Shown: one piece after another, positions 10,327-21,093 of the stretch | How positions within the stretch are numbered: position 1 is the first letter of the stretch | Layout: each line of letters opens with the position of its first letter | Assembly (NCBI GenBank): GCA_963777505.1 | Contig: CAVZQN010000005.1 | Span: 1-64,000, forward strand | Source of the DNA: an uncultured bacterium | GTDB taxonomy: Bacteria; Acidobacteriota; HRBIN11; JAKEFK01 | Length of the DNA stretch: 64,000 nucleotides | Direction: 5' to 3' | Notes under the pieces: generated by a model | Told to the model about the DNA's origin: nothing | The model's database searches: none | What the model saw: the letters and a program-made list of their open reading frames with translations, nothing else | Made by a program: the position numbers and the translations under genes

Positions 10327-11643
10327 ATGATCCGGAATATTTCAGGAGAGGCATTTAAACAGTCCGAAATTTTGAAACAATCACCCGAACCGCAACCCGA
10401 TCAAGGCGTATTACAACGCAGTGAGAAAGTCGCAATCGAGAATCCTATGATCCAAGCAGCTTCGCAACAAACGGTTTTCCAAAGAAAGAATGAAATCAAT
10501 ATTGCAAGTTCAAATCAATCAAGAATTTTGCATTCAGTTCTGGACAAGATTAAGCCTCAAACCAAACCCGAGATCTCAGTACCTAAAACCCTTCCGGGCG
10601 GCGTTGAAGGAACGGACAAATCAACCGGTGTGGCGACCCAGCAACTGGGTCCTGGCAGCAAAGGCCCTGATGTAGAGAAGCTTCAAAAGGATCTACAACG
10701 CTGGCGTGCAATGAATGGACAGGATTTCTCCGTTCCTGCGATCACCGGTGAATATAACAAAGAAACCCAGGATGCCGTCCGTGAATTTCAAGCTGCCACT
10801 GGATTGACAACCGATGGATTAGCCGGTGAAGCGACATTGGCAAGAATGCGATTAGAAAGCGATAACAAGTTTATCGGTTTGAACAAAGATGTACAAAATG
10901 AAATCCGTGCAACATTCAATGAATCTGTAAACAATCCGGAACTTCGCGAAAAGCAGATAGATCTCCGGATGAAAATGGAAACGGATAGATACTTTTCGAA
11001 ACTAGATCCACTGGTCCAAAAGGACCTTCGTACTACATTTCATGAGTTCAGAAATAACCCGGCAGCAATGGAAAATCTCGTAAACCTATCTTCCAGTCGT
11101 GACTTTGCATTGTATGCAGGTGAGCAGGCACAATTCAAAGCAATTGAAACGTTCAAAAAGAATCCTGGAGATAGTAAACACGTTTCCAATATTAAGGATA
11201 CCCTGGCCGATTTTTACCAGTTGGAGCACTTCCCATCCAGTGTGCGGTACGTGGGTAACTTAAACCCATTTCTTGATGCAATGTTTTCGTACACTGAAAA
11301 TCCAATCGGACGTCAGGGGCTTCTCAACCTGGCCCAAAATCCACGTTTTAACCAACTAGGTGCGTTCCAACAAAATCAATTGATCGAAGATCTCGAAACT
11401 AACCCCAATGATGACAGTCCTGAATTGATGAATGGAGTATTCCTCAGTGGAGCTTATGGAAACATGACACCCCAATTGAAAAATTTCACTTTGAAGACAG
11501 CAGGTGAACTTGCAAGTGATCCAGAACGATTGAGAGCGTTAAACGATTTGTTAAATGATCCAACTTTTGCGAATGCTCCAAAAGAAGATCAACAAGCGCA
11601 GATCAACGCACTTCGTTCGCGGAACAAGGAAATAGAATTTTAA
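10327..11643 (+). CDS. Leader-motif protein with PG_binding_1 domain and ~35 aa helical repeats
   Basis: LGPGSKGPDVEKLQKDL...TGEYNKETQDAVREFQAATGLTTDGLAGEAT is a peptidoglycan-binding domain; GAGGAGG RBS; paralog of 58606-60045. Confidence 0.85.
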   Translation: MIRNISGEAFKQSEILKQSPEPQPDQGVLQRSEKVAIENPMIQAASQQTVFQRKNEINIASSNQSRILHSVLDKIKPQTKPEISVPKTLPGGVEGTDKSTGVATQQLGPGSKGPDVEKLQKDLQRWRAMNGQDFSVPAITGEYNKETQDAVREFQAATGLTTDGLAGEATLARMRLESDNKFIGLNKDVQNEIRATFNESVNNPELREKQIDLRMKMETDRYFSKLDPLVQKDLRTTFHEFRNNPAAMENLVNLSSSRDFALYAGEQAQFKAIETFKKNPGDSKHVSNIKDTLADFYQLEHFPSSVRYVGNLNPFLDAMFSYTENPIGRQGLLNLAQNPRFNQLGAFQQNQLIEDLETNPNDDSPELMNGVFLSGAYGNMTPQLKNFTLKTAGELASDPERLRALNDLLNDPTFANAPKEDQQAQINALRSRNKEIEF

Positions 11644-14600
11644 TTTGTTCGTTGATTGAAGTTCTCAGCTTGCTTTAGCAGCGGTTCATATTCTCTTTTC
11701 AAAAATGGATTCGCTGTTATGGCCTTACTGAGTAGTTGCGATGCTTCTTTCGCGACATCCGATTTGTGATCCTTGCGTGCGGCTAATAATCTCAAAGCTC
11801 CATGAATTGCCATTGTTTCAGGATCCGTGGCAGACAGTTTTGACGCATTCTCGATCGCTTCAAACGCATGAGCGATCGAATCGGCAGCGTTTTGGTTTTG
11901 TGCGATACGCCATTCTGCTTGAAATTTGTGAATAAGCGCAAGATCACGTAACACTTCAATGTTGTCTCTGTTCAATTCATCCGCTTTTCTTGCGTTAGAA
12001 AGTGCGCGATCAAAATTGGATTCGGGCGAACTACCGTTCTGAATTTTCCAGCGCGCTTCCAGTAATTCAACAGCGCTTCTGATTCGAAAAGCCTCGTAGT
12101 GCGACTGATCGATTTTGATGTAAGTGTCCAATTCTTTTCTCGCAGAATTCAACTCTGAAGTTGGGTTTTTTCCAGAATTGAATAAATCCGTCGCAGATAA
12201 GAAGTGCAATGACCCTATACTAATATGAGGAATCGTCAATTCGGAATTGATTCGCAGGGCATTATTGTATGAAGACATCGCATCTGCAAGATCCGATGTT
12301 GGATCAATGCCAAGTCTAATTTTATGCTGAGCTCTTAAAAGAAAAACTGAACCTCTATCATGGTGTGCGAAGGCATTCGTGCTACTAATAACGATGGCAC
12401 GATCGTACTGCTGAATGGACTGTATAAAAGTTGCTGAAGGATCGGTTCCGTGATTCATTTCATATTTTGCAATGTCCAGATAAGCAAGACCCATATTTGC
12501 GGAAACCATAGAAGCATTAGGATTGATCTTCAATCCTGCTTGATAAGACTCAATTGCTTGAAGGAGATCAGGTCGTGGATCTTCTCCGCGCTTCAGCCGG
12601 TATTCACCGATATCGAGATGTGTCAGGCCAAGTAAGTTATAAGCATATTCATCAAGACGAAACGTTGCTAAATTTTTCTCCAAAATTTCTATGACTTTTT
12701 TTAAAGAAGGAATCGGATCTTCACCATGACTTAGCTCATATTCTCCCATCCAGAAGTAAGCGCTTGCTAAATTGATATGAGCATCTGCATACTGTGGATC
12801 GAGTTGAATTGCTTTTTGTGATTCGACAATCGCTTCTTTAAAAGATGCCCGCGGGTCCAGGCTGTTGGCGGTTTCATATTCAGCAAGACGCAAAAATGCA
12901 TGTCCTGCTGTTGCGTGTGGATCCGGAATCCTTGGATTCTTATTGGCCGCTATACGCGCAAGCCTAATCGCTTCGAGAAAAAAAGGCCTGGCATCGCCTG
13001 AAGAGTACAGTTGATTGATGCCGTGCTGAATGTTTATCTCCGATTTATAGAGATAGGATCGTTCTTTGTCAGGTTGAATACGAATTGCTTTATCGCAAAC
13101 ATCCAGCGCAGTTTTTAAAGAAGCTATCTTTTCTCCCTTCTGAGTTTGTACAAAAGAAGTACGGATCCAACGTTCCGCATCTGCAAGGTAAATATCCTGA
13201 TCGCTTCTAGCAATTTCGGAGGCTTGCTTGTATGCATCGCCAGCTGAGCGATAGGCTTTAAGTGCGGCATCGTAATCGCTTCGTTCTACGGCTTCTTGAC
13301 CGATTTCAAAATAAATATCGCCTTGCAGTTTCAAAACTTCGTATGGACGACTGGAGATTTCCAATGCTTGAAGGCTTTTTACAAATGCTTCTTTGTGATT
13401 TTTCTCGTAAAGAAAAATGAGAGCCTCTACATACGCAGGTGATTCGGCATGTTCGCGAGCATTCTTCAGAAGTTGAATCGCGGGCGTACGCAATTTCTCA
13501 TCGGCTTTCTTCTTTGCTGCTACTTGTAATGCTTTAGTCGTAAGACGATCCGCATCGACGAGCGCCTGGCGCCATAGAATTCCTTTGACCTTTCCTAGAG
13601 CATAGGCTGTTGAAGGACTGTGATAGCCCGAGTTCCACGCCTTTTCAAGAAATTCTTGGGCGCGTTCATATTCTTTTAGCATTAAATAACCTTGTCCAAG
13701 TGCATTGTTGCCCGGACCAAAGGCCCACTTTCCGCCCTGAGTTGTTCTCCGTTCGATCTGTTGAAGTCTCTCGCGCGCAAGATCTAATTTTGGTCTTACA
13801 TCATGCAGAGGTGACGTGTAGGCACTTAATAGCATTGTTTCGATATAACGAATTTCTTCGGCAAAATCATTCGCATATTGCGTTTGAATTTTTCCCTTCC
13901 ACTGTGCCAGTAGCAATAAAATAATTAGCCCGACTGTCACAACCAATGCAGCACTTGATATTACAGTTGCAACACGGTTCTTCTTGGCCTTCTTCCAAAT
14001 TCGTGTTGAAAGACTGACAGGACGGGCCGCAATCGGTTCACCATCAAGGTATCTTTCAAGATCATTCGCCAATGCCTTTGCTGATTGATAGCGTGCGAAA
14101 GGTTCTTTTTCTAAACACTTCATGACAATGGTTTCGAGGTCTGGGGAAATTTGCTTTACAATTTTGTGAAGCGAAACGGGATCTGCATTTATGACTTGTA
14201 AAATTACTTCTGGTGTTGTACCAGTGAACGGTGGTTTGTTAGCGATCAATTCATAAAGCGTCGCACCAAGCGAATAAACATCGCTACGCGTATCGATCGG
14301 CTCGCTCTTCGCTTGCTCTGGCGGCATGTAATGTGGAGTGCCGATCACAACTCCTTTCTGAGTAATTCCAGGCGCTGTTTGCATCCGTGCCAAACCAAAA
14401 TCCAGGATGTAAGGCTTCCATGATCCTGACTCAGTTTTTTCGAGCATGATGTTTCCTGGCTTGATGTCACGATGCACAAGCCCTTGTTTATGCGCGGCAT
14501 GAACTGCATCTGAAATTTTTCTCATTACTTCTACTTTTTCAGTAAGATTCATTTCTTGCGCGGCCTCAGCAAGGGTCTGGCCTTCAACATGCTGCATGCA

Positions 14601-15065
14601 GATATATTTCTTACCTTCAACTTCTCCCACCTCGAATACCTTACAAACATTTTCATGTTCAACTCTTGCCTGACTTCGCGCTTCCAACATCAACCTTTCA
14701 CTTTCATCATTCAAAAGCTTTAAAGCTACTGTTCTTCCTAATGTCGGATCGTAACCACGATACACACGCGCCATCCCGCCTCGCCCGATCAATCGCAATT
14801 GAACATAACGGCCGAAAACAGGAATTAAGATTTCATCTATCCGGTCTTCTTTCATAGTTTCAGGGAGTGGCCAATTCTGATCCGCTAGAGTTTTCATTTC
14901 ATCCAACACCTCAGCATTTAGTGAATCCAGATCTGTGTTGGTTAATTTGCCCTGTTTAACCAGAGTTGCGAGGAGATCAGTTGTGTTGGCGGTTGCTAAT
15001 TCGTCAGGATGGAGTAAACCTTTCTTAACCGCTAGTTTAAGAATTTCTTCTTCGACTGAATTCAT
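11640..15065 (-). CDS. Ser/Thr kinase with TM helix and long TPR region
   Basis: GRGGMARVY, HRDIKPGN, DFGLAR, GTPHYMPPEQ; TM segment; TPR-like repeats with GxDP motifs. Confidence 0.95.
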   Translation of the reverse strand: MNSVEEEILKLAVKKGLLHPDELATANTTDLLATLVKQGKLTNTDLDSLNAEVLDEMKTLADQNWPLPETMKEDRIDEILIPVFGRYVQLRLIGRGGMARVYRGYDPTLGRTVALKLLNDESERLMLEARSQARVEHENVCKVFEVGEVEGKKYICMQHVEGQTLAEAAQEMNLTEKVEVMRKISDAVHAAHKQGLVHRDIKPGNIMLEKTESGSWKPYILDFGLARMQTAPGITQKGVVIGTPHYMPPEQAKSEPIDTRSDVYSLGATLYELIANKPPFTGTTPEVILQVINADPVSLHKIVKQISPDLETIVMKCLEKEPFARYQSAKALANDLERYLDGEPIAARPVSLSTRIWKKAKKNRVATVISSAALVVTVGLIILLLLAQWKGKIQTQYANDFAEEIRYIETMLLSAYTSPLHDVRPKLDLARERLQQIERRTTQGGKWAFGPGNNALGQGYLMLKEYERAQEFLEKAWNSGYHSPSTAYALGKVKGILWRQALVDADRLTTKALQVAAKKKADEKLRTPAIQLLKNAREHAESPAYVEALIFLYEKNHKEAFVKSLQALEISSRPYEVLKLQGDIYFEIGQEAVERSDYDAALKAYRSAGDAYKQASEIARSDQDIYLADAERWIRTSFVQTQKGEKIASLKTALDVCDKAIRIQPDKERSYLYKSEINIQHGINQLYSSGDARPFFLEAIRLARIAANKNPRIPDPHATAGHAFLRLAEYETANSLDPRASFKEAIVESQKAIQLDPQYADAHINLASAYFWMGEYELSHGEDPIPSLKKVIEILEKNLATFRLDEYAYNLLGLTHLDIGEYRLKRGEDPRPDLLQAIESYQAGLKINPNASMVSANMGLAYLDIAKYEMNHGTDPSATFIQSIQQYDRAIVISSTNAFAHHDRGSVFLLRAQHKIRLGIDPTSDLADAMSSYNNALRINSELTIPHISIGSLHFLSATDLFNSGKNPTSELNSARKELDTYIKIDQSHYEAFRIRSAVELLEARWKIQNGSSPESNFDRALSNARKADELNRDNIEVLRDLALIHKFQAEWRIAQNQNAADSIAHAFEAIENASKLSATDPETMAIHGALRLLAARKDHKSDVAKEASQLLSKAITANPFLKREYEPLLKQAENFNQRTN

Positions 15066-15320
15066 TGGACCTCAAACAAGGTACCGGTTTATATCAAAAA
15101 GCGGAGTTGCATTCAGTATACCAATTCTGCGAATCAACAATCTGGGTTCGAGTCCATCAACCTCGGACTTTCTTCGAGAGCATCGTGCGACACTGGACGC
15201 CGGGGCAGGGAAGCACACTGATGATGTCATTGATAGTTCACATAATTCCCATATTTTTTATGTTGGAAGAACTGATAACAGCGGGCTGCATCCAGGCGGC
15301 CTGGTATTAAGGAGAAAACA

Positions 15321-15746
15321 ATGAATGAACAAAAAAATACTGCATTAATACGGAAGGCTTATCAATATATGAGCGAAGGCGAGATTCAATCGTTTTTGAA
15401 TTTGTTCGCCGATGATACTGAATGGGAATTACCTGAAATGGAAAATGTACCTTTTGCCGGAAAATGGAAAGGACGCGAAGGAGTCGGACAATTTTTCAAA
15501 ACGGTTCTCGATTTGCAGGACATCGTCGAATTTGAACCACACGAATATTTTGCGAATGGTGACAGCGTTGTCGTTTTAGGGCATTTTATTATGCGAATTA
15601 AATCTGCAGCCAAAGACTTCGGCTCAAAGTGGGCACATGTTTGGACTGTAAAAAACGACAAAATTACTTATTTCTACGAATATGTCGACACCGCTGTTGT
15701 GAGTAAGGCTCACACCGCTGCCAGAACGCCCACAACGCGCATGTAA
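15321..15746 (+). CDS. SnoaL/NTF2-like (ketosteroid isomerase-like) protein
   Basis: PFAGKWKGREGVGQFF, WAHVWTVKNDKI...YVDT; AAGGAG RBS. Confidence 0.88.
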   Translation: MNEQKNTALIRKAYQYMSEGEIQSFLNLFADDTEWELPEMENVPFAGKWKGREGVGQFFKTVLDLQDIVEFEPHEYFANGDSVVVLGHFIMRIKSAAKDFGSKWAHVWTVKNDKITYFYEYVDTAVVSKAHTAARTPTTRM

Positions 15747-15814
15747 AGTAAAGTTAACTTCGTTCGTTTCACAATGTGAAACTCGTTCCACCATTTAAAA
15801 TAACGCTGTTGCTC

Positions 15815-15839
15815 CGTTCACACCCTATTTTGTACGTCT
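15815..15839 (+). promoter_or_regulatory. CGTTC-N15-CGTCT promoter motif, copy 2
   Basis: CGTTCAC-ACCCTATTTT-GTACGTCT upstream of ATG 15894. Confidence 0.7.
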
Positions 15840-15893
15840 TTGATTACTGATTGCCGGATCTTATCGCGCAAATCATAAAAGGAGAATACGAAA

Positions 15894-16966
15894 ATGAGAG
15901 TTGGAGGATATGCTTCACCCTCGGGAGTTTCTGGAAATACAGGTGTTATTGATCAACCGGTAGATGCTCAAAAGGATCCAGTACGCACTCAGGATCATAA
16001 AACTGAAGAAACGCTAAGCCAGCCCAAGTACCCACCGGCACAGCACAGCGATCTGAAGTTGAACTCGCAGGACAAAGCCGTGCGGCGGAACTTTCAAAAG
16101 AACTGGCAAAGAACCCGGTATCAAAGAACCGTATTTTTAAAGATGGAATAACCGATCCGGAAAAAGTTGCCAGTTCAACGAAATACACGGATGCGGAAAA
16201 AACGGAATTTTATAAAAATTATGTGAAGACAGCCAGCTCTGATGATTTTAGAAAGCTTATTTCTAATTCAGAAAAATGGCACACCGATGAGAGCGGACTT
16301 CTTGATGACGCTATTGCTTCTACTCCGGAGGCAGCTAAACGCGCTGCAACTGAATTAGGACGCGGTCAGCATCTGGACATGCTGGACAGAATTTTCCGCG
16401 CTAATTCCGGCAATTCATATCAAGCAATTCGTGAATACATGTCGAATCTGGATACTCCGTCATTGAACCATGTAGCGCAAAATCTCAAGAATTTAGAGAT
16501 TTTAGAATCTCCGGATATTAAAGGCCGCATGATGAATGCAGCATCTGTGCTTCGCGGACTTGCAGACCGCTCCGGCGAACTCACAGGAGACGCTCGACTT
16601 TCTTTAACTCAAGAAACTTTGAGAGTTCAGCTAGATTATAAGAAAGATAAATATGCTGAGGTTGAGCAAGCTATAACGTTGCAAACAATTTTTGCGAATA
16701 GCAGTCCTGAACAAAAGAATCAATTGTTTGATGATCTTCAGGATCGCGGAAAAATTGATGATCTGGCTCAAAGCTTGAAAGAGCTCAAAGAAATTGATGT
16801 GAACGTTTTGAATGGACTCAATGCGCAGAATGTCGATGCCTTACGTGAAACTTTCAAACAACTTGCAAAAGAATCGAACAAAAAGGATGAGACCCATACG
16901 TACGAAAGATTGATTCTTCAACTGAATGGTTGGATGGAGAATCATTTTCCTGAGCATCGCAAATAA
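15894..16966 (+). CDS. Orphan alpha-helical leader-motif protein of ~357 aa; frameshift near 16010
   Basis: AAGGAG RBS, MRVGGYASP... Adding one A in GAAGAAACG joins it to the 16223 frame, which is open from 16007 and reads AKPAQVPTGTAQRSEVELAGQSRAAELSKEL. Confidence 0.75.
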
Positions 16967-17121
16967 ATATTAAGGAAGCCGGCGCCAGAGCAGTAGGTTG
17001 ATGCAGTTCTGGCTCCGAGCCTCTTTATCTGAGAATCGAGTTGAAGATTCTGATCAGATGGATAAATGAAAGCGTTCCTGCAGAATACAGGCGCTTAAAA
17101 TAATCAGATGAGCCCGCGGCT

Positions 17122-18018
17122 TCAATCGACCTGTCTGCTGTATTCCATTTGTCTTAAATTCGAAGCATCTCGCGCAGGTGGCGCGCCAAAGAACCTGGAA
17201 TATTCGCGGTTAAACTGCGATGTACTTTCGTAGCCAACATCAAAAGCTGCATCCGATACGGAATGACCGCTAAAAACCAAAAGCTTTCTTGCCTCAAGTA
17301 GTCGCAATTGTTTTTGGAATTGGATTGGGCTTAGGCCGGTAATTTGTTTGAATTGACGGTGAAATGTCGTAACACCCATTTTAGACTTTGCCGCGGCTTG
17401 TTTTATATCGATTGATTTGGCGTAATTCTCCCGAATCCACTGAATAGCCTGACGTATTCTTGAAGCACCGCCGCTTGCAAAACAAAGTTGCCTTAAGCGC
17501 CATCCCTGCGGACCAAGAAGAACTCTGTAGAGGATTTCGCGTTCATACACAGGGGCAAGTACAGGAATATGTTTTGGCGTATTCAAAAGTCGCAACAGAC
17601 GTAACCATGCATCAATGAAATCAGTTGTAGCGGTACAAGCAGAAAACTTATTTGAAACTCTGTCTTCTTGAAAATCATCGGGAAGATCCTTTAGCAAATC
17701 TACAACCGAAGTTTGATTCAAAAAAAGACCCACTGATAAATAAGGCAGCCCATTTGGACCTTGATGTACGCGCGCTGTCGCCGGAATTTCTGTGCCAATT
17801 ACGAAGTATGACGGCGCTTTAGCGTGGACAACCTGGTCACCAACCGAAATCGTTTTGCTTCCTTGAACAATGAATCCAATCATTGGTACATACATTGCCG
17901 CAAGCTGATGTTGAGGTACCTCGCCCTTGATAATCACGACTCCGGGCAGATCCGTTTCAGTGGGTTGAGTAGTAGCTTTAATTGTCAGTTCGGCGATCTC
18001 GTTCAGACTATCTTTCAT
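17122..18018 (-). CDS. AraC-family regulator (AraC_N / YqhC-like)
   Basis: IVQGSK, REILYRVLLGPQG, SPIQFQKQLRLLEAR, VGYESTSQFNREYSRFFG; divergent from SDR. Confidence 0.95.
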   Translation of the reverse strand: MKDSLNEIAELTIKATTQPTETDLPGVVIIKGEVPQHQLAAMYVPMIGFIVQGSKTISVGDQVVHAKAPSYFVIGTEIPATARVHQGPNGLPYLSVGLFLNQTSVVDLLKDLPDDFQEDRVSNKFSACTATTDFIDAWLRLLRLLNTPKHIPVLAPVYEREILYRVLLGPQGWRLRQLCFASGGASRIRQAIQWIRENYAKSIDIKQAAAKSKMGVTTFHRQFKQITGLSPIQFQKQLRLLEARKLLVFSGHSVSDAAFDVGYESTSQFNREYSRFFGAPPARDASNLRQMEYSRQVD

Positions 18019-18198
18019 TTCCTATGCAGCCCGGAAGGCACTTTTAGGCTCTTCCAAAGCGAACCTTCCAACATTGATCAATTTGATCTTAGCTAAAAGC
18101 GGCATTATTAGGCAATAAAAAGGTAGGATCTGATCTTCACTCGCTTACTGAGACTTCGCATAATTGTTATTGATCAAAACCTGATCTAAGGAGGTTTT

Positions 18199-18954
18199 AT
18201 GAAAGTAGCAATTGTTACAGGTGGAAGTAACGGCATCGGAAAAAGTACCGCGATTGGACTTGGCAAGCGTGGAATCGGCGTCATTCTTACTTATCATTCC
18301 GATAAAAAAGGCGCTGAAGATGTCATTAGAGAAATTGAACAAAACAAGTCAGTTCGTGCTGTCGCACTAAAATTAGATCTCAGCCAAAAATCGACTTTTG
18401 AGGATTTCGCGCAGCTTGTAAAAAAGAATCTCGAAGAAATTTGGCAAAGAAGGACTTTCGATTATTTGGTTAATAACGGTGGCATTGGTGGCGGTATGAT
18501 GTTTGCCGATATGACCGAAGAGTACTTTGACAAAATACTCAACACAAACTTCAAAGGCCCTTTTTTCTTAACTCAACAACTGGTCAAGTTGATGGAAGAC
18601 GGCGGACGAATTGTGAATACTTCAAGCTCATCAAGCCGCACAGCGCCTCCAGGATATTCCGCTTACGGACCATCAAAAGCCGCACTGTCTTCCTGGACCC
18701 GCTACCTGGCAAAGGAACTTGCGCCACGACAAATCCGCGTGAATGCAGTTTCTCCTGGCCCGGTTCACACGAATCTTTCAGATGGAGCATTCGATAAACA
18801 TCCAGAATTTATTAAGCCTCTGGCGGAACAAACCGCTCTCGGACGAATCGGTTCCCCGCAAGACGTAGGAGATGTTATCGTCAATCTGCTATCTGATGAA
18901 TTCGGCTGGGTCACTGCTCAAGACATAGAAGTATCTGGTGGATTCCTACTGTAG
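18199..18954 (+). CDS. Short-chain dehydrogenase/reductase
   Basis: TGGSNGIG, LVNNGG, YGPSK (YxxxK), RVNAVSPG. Confidence 0.95.
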   Translation: MKVAIVTGGSNGIGKSTAIGLGKRGIGVILTYHSDKKGAEDVIREIEQNKSVRAVALKLDLSQKSTFEDFAQLVKKNLEEIWQRRTFDYLVNNGGIGGGMMFADMTEEYFDKILNTNFKGPFFLTQQLVKLMEDGGRIVNTSSSSSRTAPPGYSAYGPSKAALSSWTRYLAKELAPRQIRVNAVSPGPVHTNLSDGAFDKHPEFIKPLAEQTALGRIGSPQDVGDVIVNLLSDEFGWVTAQDIEVSGGFLL

Positions 18955-19020
18955 TTATGAGTTCGTTAGGTGAATTGTGACACCTGCCGCTGGAAATGTT
19001 CACCACGGGCAGTGTTACTT

Positions 19021-20200
19021 CTATGGATCCAGAATATCTGATTTATTTCGGCGTTTCACATCTTCGTTTGGCCTGAATTCAACTTCAATATTTCCATTAT
19101 CCCGCAATGTCCCATCGAGTTTGCCAATTTTATATCCGAGTTCAGCCTGGCTTCGCAAATGGAAAGCGGAAAACGTTAATACATGTTCACCGAAATAGAA
19201 TGCCTGTCCACTATCCGTTAAAACAAGCGCGCTTTTGAATTTATCTTTGTGGCCCTCTTCAAGCATAAATCGGCCGGCATTGCGAAGATTAGTCGTAGAA
19301 TGGTGTGCTTTTCCTTCCACAATGATACGTTCTTCGGGTACACCCATCTGCATGAGTTTCCTTTTCATTTCAACGGCTTCATTGAATTGGGTATCAGGTG
19401 GATGAACATTTCCGCCGCTAACCATAATGAAAGGCGCTCTGCCATTCTTATACTCAGTCAACGCCATCTTGCATCGTTCTTCTGCTGTCGGATGCAATTT
19501 TAGCGGCTCTTTTTGTCCGAGCGGTGTATACCCGGGAACAATGATTAATGGGTATTTATCTGGAGGCTTATTATATTTATCCCATTCTTTAAAATTTTGG
19601 ATGGCTGCTCGACTCTTTACATTTTCTTTGATCGAAGGATCCGGAAGCACTTTATCAACGATTTCATTCGTTCTATTTAGCCGTTCTGGTTTTTCCTGAA
19701 TAAATTTGTTCAAATCTTTATCTGTCTGCAAGCGCTCCTTGAAGAGCGTTGGCCATCTCTTCCTTTTGTTTTGGGGATGCGTTCTCGTAATTTTTCATGA
19801 ACAAACCCTTAGGTGTGCCAGCCACATCTGCCTTAAACATGGATGTTATGGTCTTTTTGTAATGCTGTTTATCCAGCGCTGTTTCCGGAGATTTGAGTCC
19901 GTCAACATCTTTGAATGTATGGTCCGGCGGCTCTTCAATTTTTACTTCCTGCGATTTTTTTCCGGACTTATCTCCGTATTTACGAAGTTCCTTATCAAGA
20001 TCCTCGCTCCGCTTTTTACTTTCAACTTCAAGATCCGCTTTTTGTCTGAGCGGCTGCGGTGTTTTCGCAAAACTTCCTACCTCGGGTTCCTGGGATGCTG
20101 TTGATGGATCCTTTGTTTCCGATTTGTCCGTAGCTGCTTCAGTAGATTGCGTTTGGATTTCTGACGGCGGACTGTATGCATTTCCAGCTGGTCTAACCAT
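19021..20200 (-). CDS. Leader-motif protein with C-terminal DUF218 (YdcF/ElyC-like) domain; frameshift near 19745
   Basis: AGGAGG RBS, MVRPAGNAYSPP... joins KERLQTDKDLNKF...IIVPGY...MVSGGNVHP...EAVEM...GVPEERIIVEGKAHHSTTNLRN. Confidence 0.8.
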
Positions 20201-20346
20201 TTCAAGCCCTCCTTTACATTGTGAGCTTGATTATGGTGATTTTTTGATGCTTTGTCCCCGCCTACACAGGTAGGCTTGTATTACAACGATCGGTTATTCA
20301 CGTTCAAACATTGAGTATGCTATCGTAATTGTATAGAGGACAACTG

Positions 20347-21085
20347 ATGCTAGAGATAGAAAACATTGCATCTTCATCCACCGCAGAAGAATCTACGCCT
20401 GAAAGAATTTCCCTTTTCAGTGAAACAGAATGCGAGGAAATCAGAAATAGAGTACATGAACTGCGCCATCTCTGGATACGCCGCCATCCGTATGTTCCGT
20501 TTTACACTCTTGGAACAGCGAGTTATCTTGACGGCTTTCTTTTACCGAATTATCTGAGTCTTGCTCAGATGTTTAATAACACCTTGAGAGAAGAGTTGGG
20601 ATGGATGTACACGAAATTGTTTGAAGCTCTGGAAAATCATTTGCAGGGTCCAATCGTTTATTCAGAAAAGTTTTGCGGTACCGGGATTCCATGTGCTATT
20701 GAGTCATCCTGCTTTTGAAATGAACTTTGCATCCTTTCATTTTGATTTGCAATACGATTTTCTTTATCGCAATTACAAGGGAGCTGATTTGTCACAGCCA
20801 TTTTCCTTCACTCTGGCAATCACTTTACCTATTTCCGGCGCCGGCATGACAATGTGCGACCTCCGATATTCCGAAGTAAAAGACGTCGCGCCTGGTCAAG
20901 TTTTACAGATTGCTGCGAAACGAAAACAGAGCATGATTTCATACAAGGTAGGATCAATGCTTGTTCATTCCGGCCATCATTACCATAAACTTTCCGCCAT
21001 GTCAGACCTGCAGCCAGAGGATGAAAGAATCACATTGCAAGGGCACGCAATTTGTTGTGACGGCAACTGGCAAATCTACTGGTAA
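20347..21085 (+). CDS. Putative 2OG-Fe(II) oxygenase-fold protein; frameshift in T-run 20671-20674
   Basis: Joined reading FYTLGTASYLD...FAVPGFHV...HFDLQY (HxD)...HSGHHYH...RITLQGH; GAGGA RBS. Confidence 0.65.
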
Positions 21086-21093
21086 ACGATTTC

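Noticed and set aside
15065-15310. 81-aa ORF or structured RNA between the kinase and SnoaL genes
   Set aside because: No RBS, family motif or convincing riboswitch consensus.
20225-20262. Sigma28-like promoter (GGACAAA...CACCATAAT) upstream of the DUF218 gene
   Set aside because: Single weak match that also fits a sigma70 -10; not repeated upstream of other family members.
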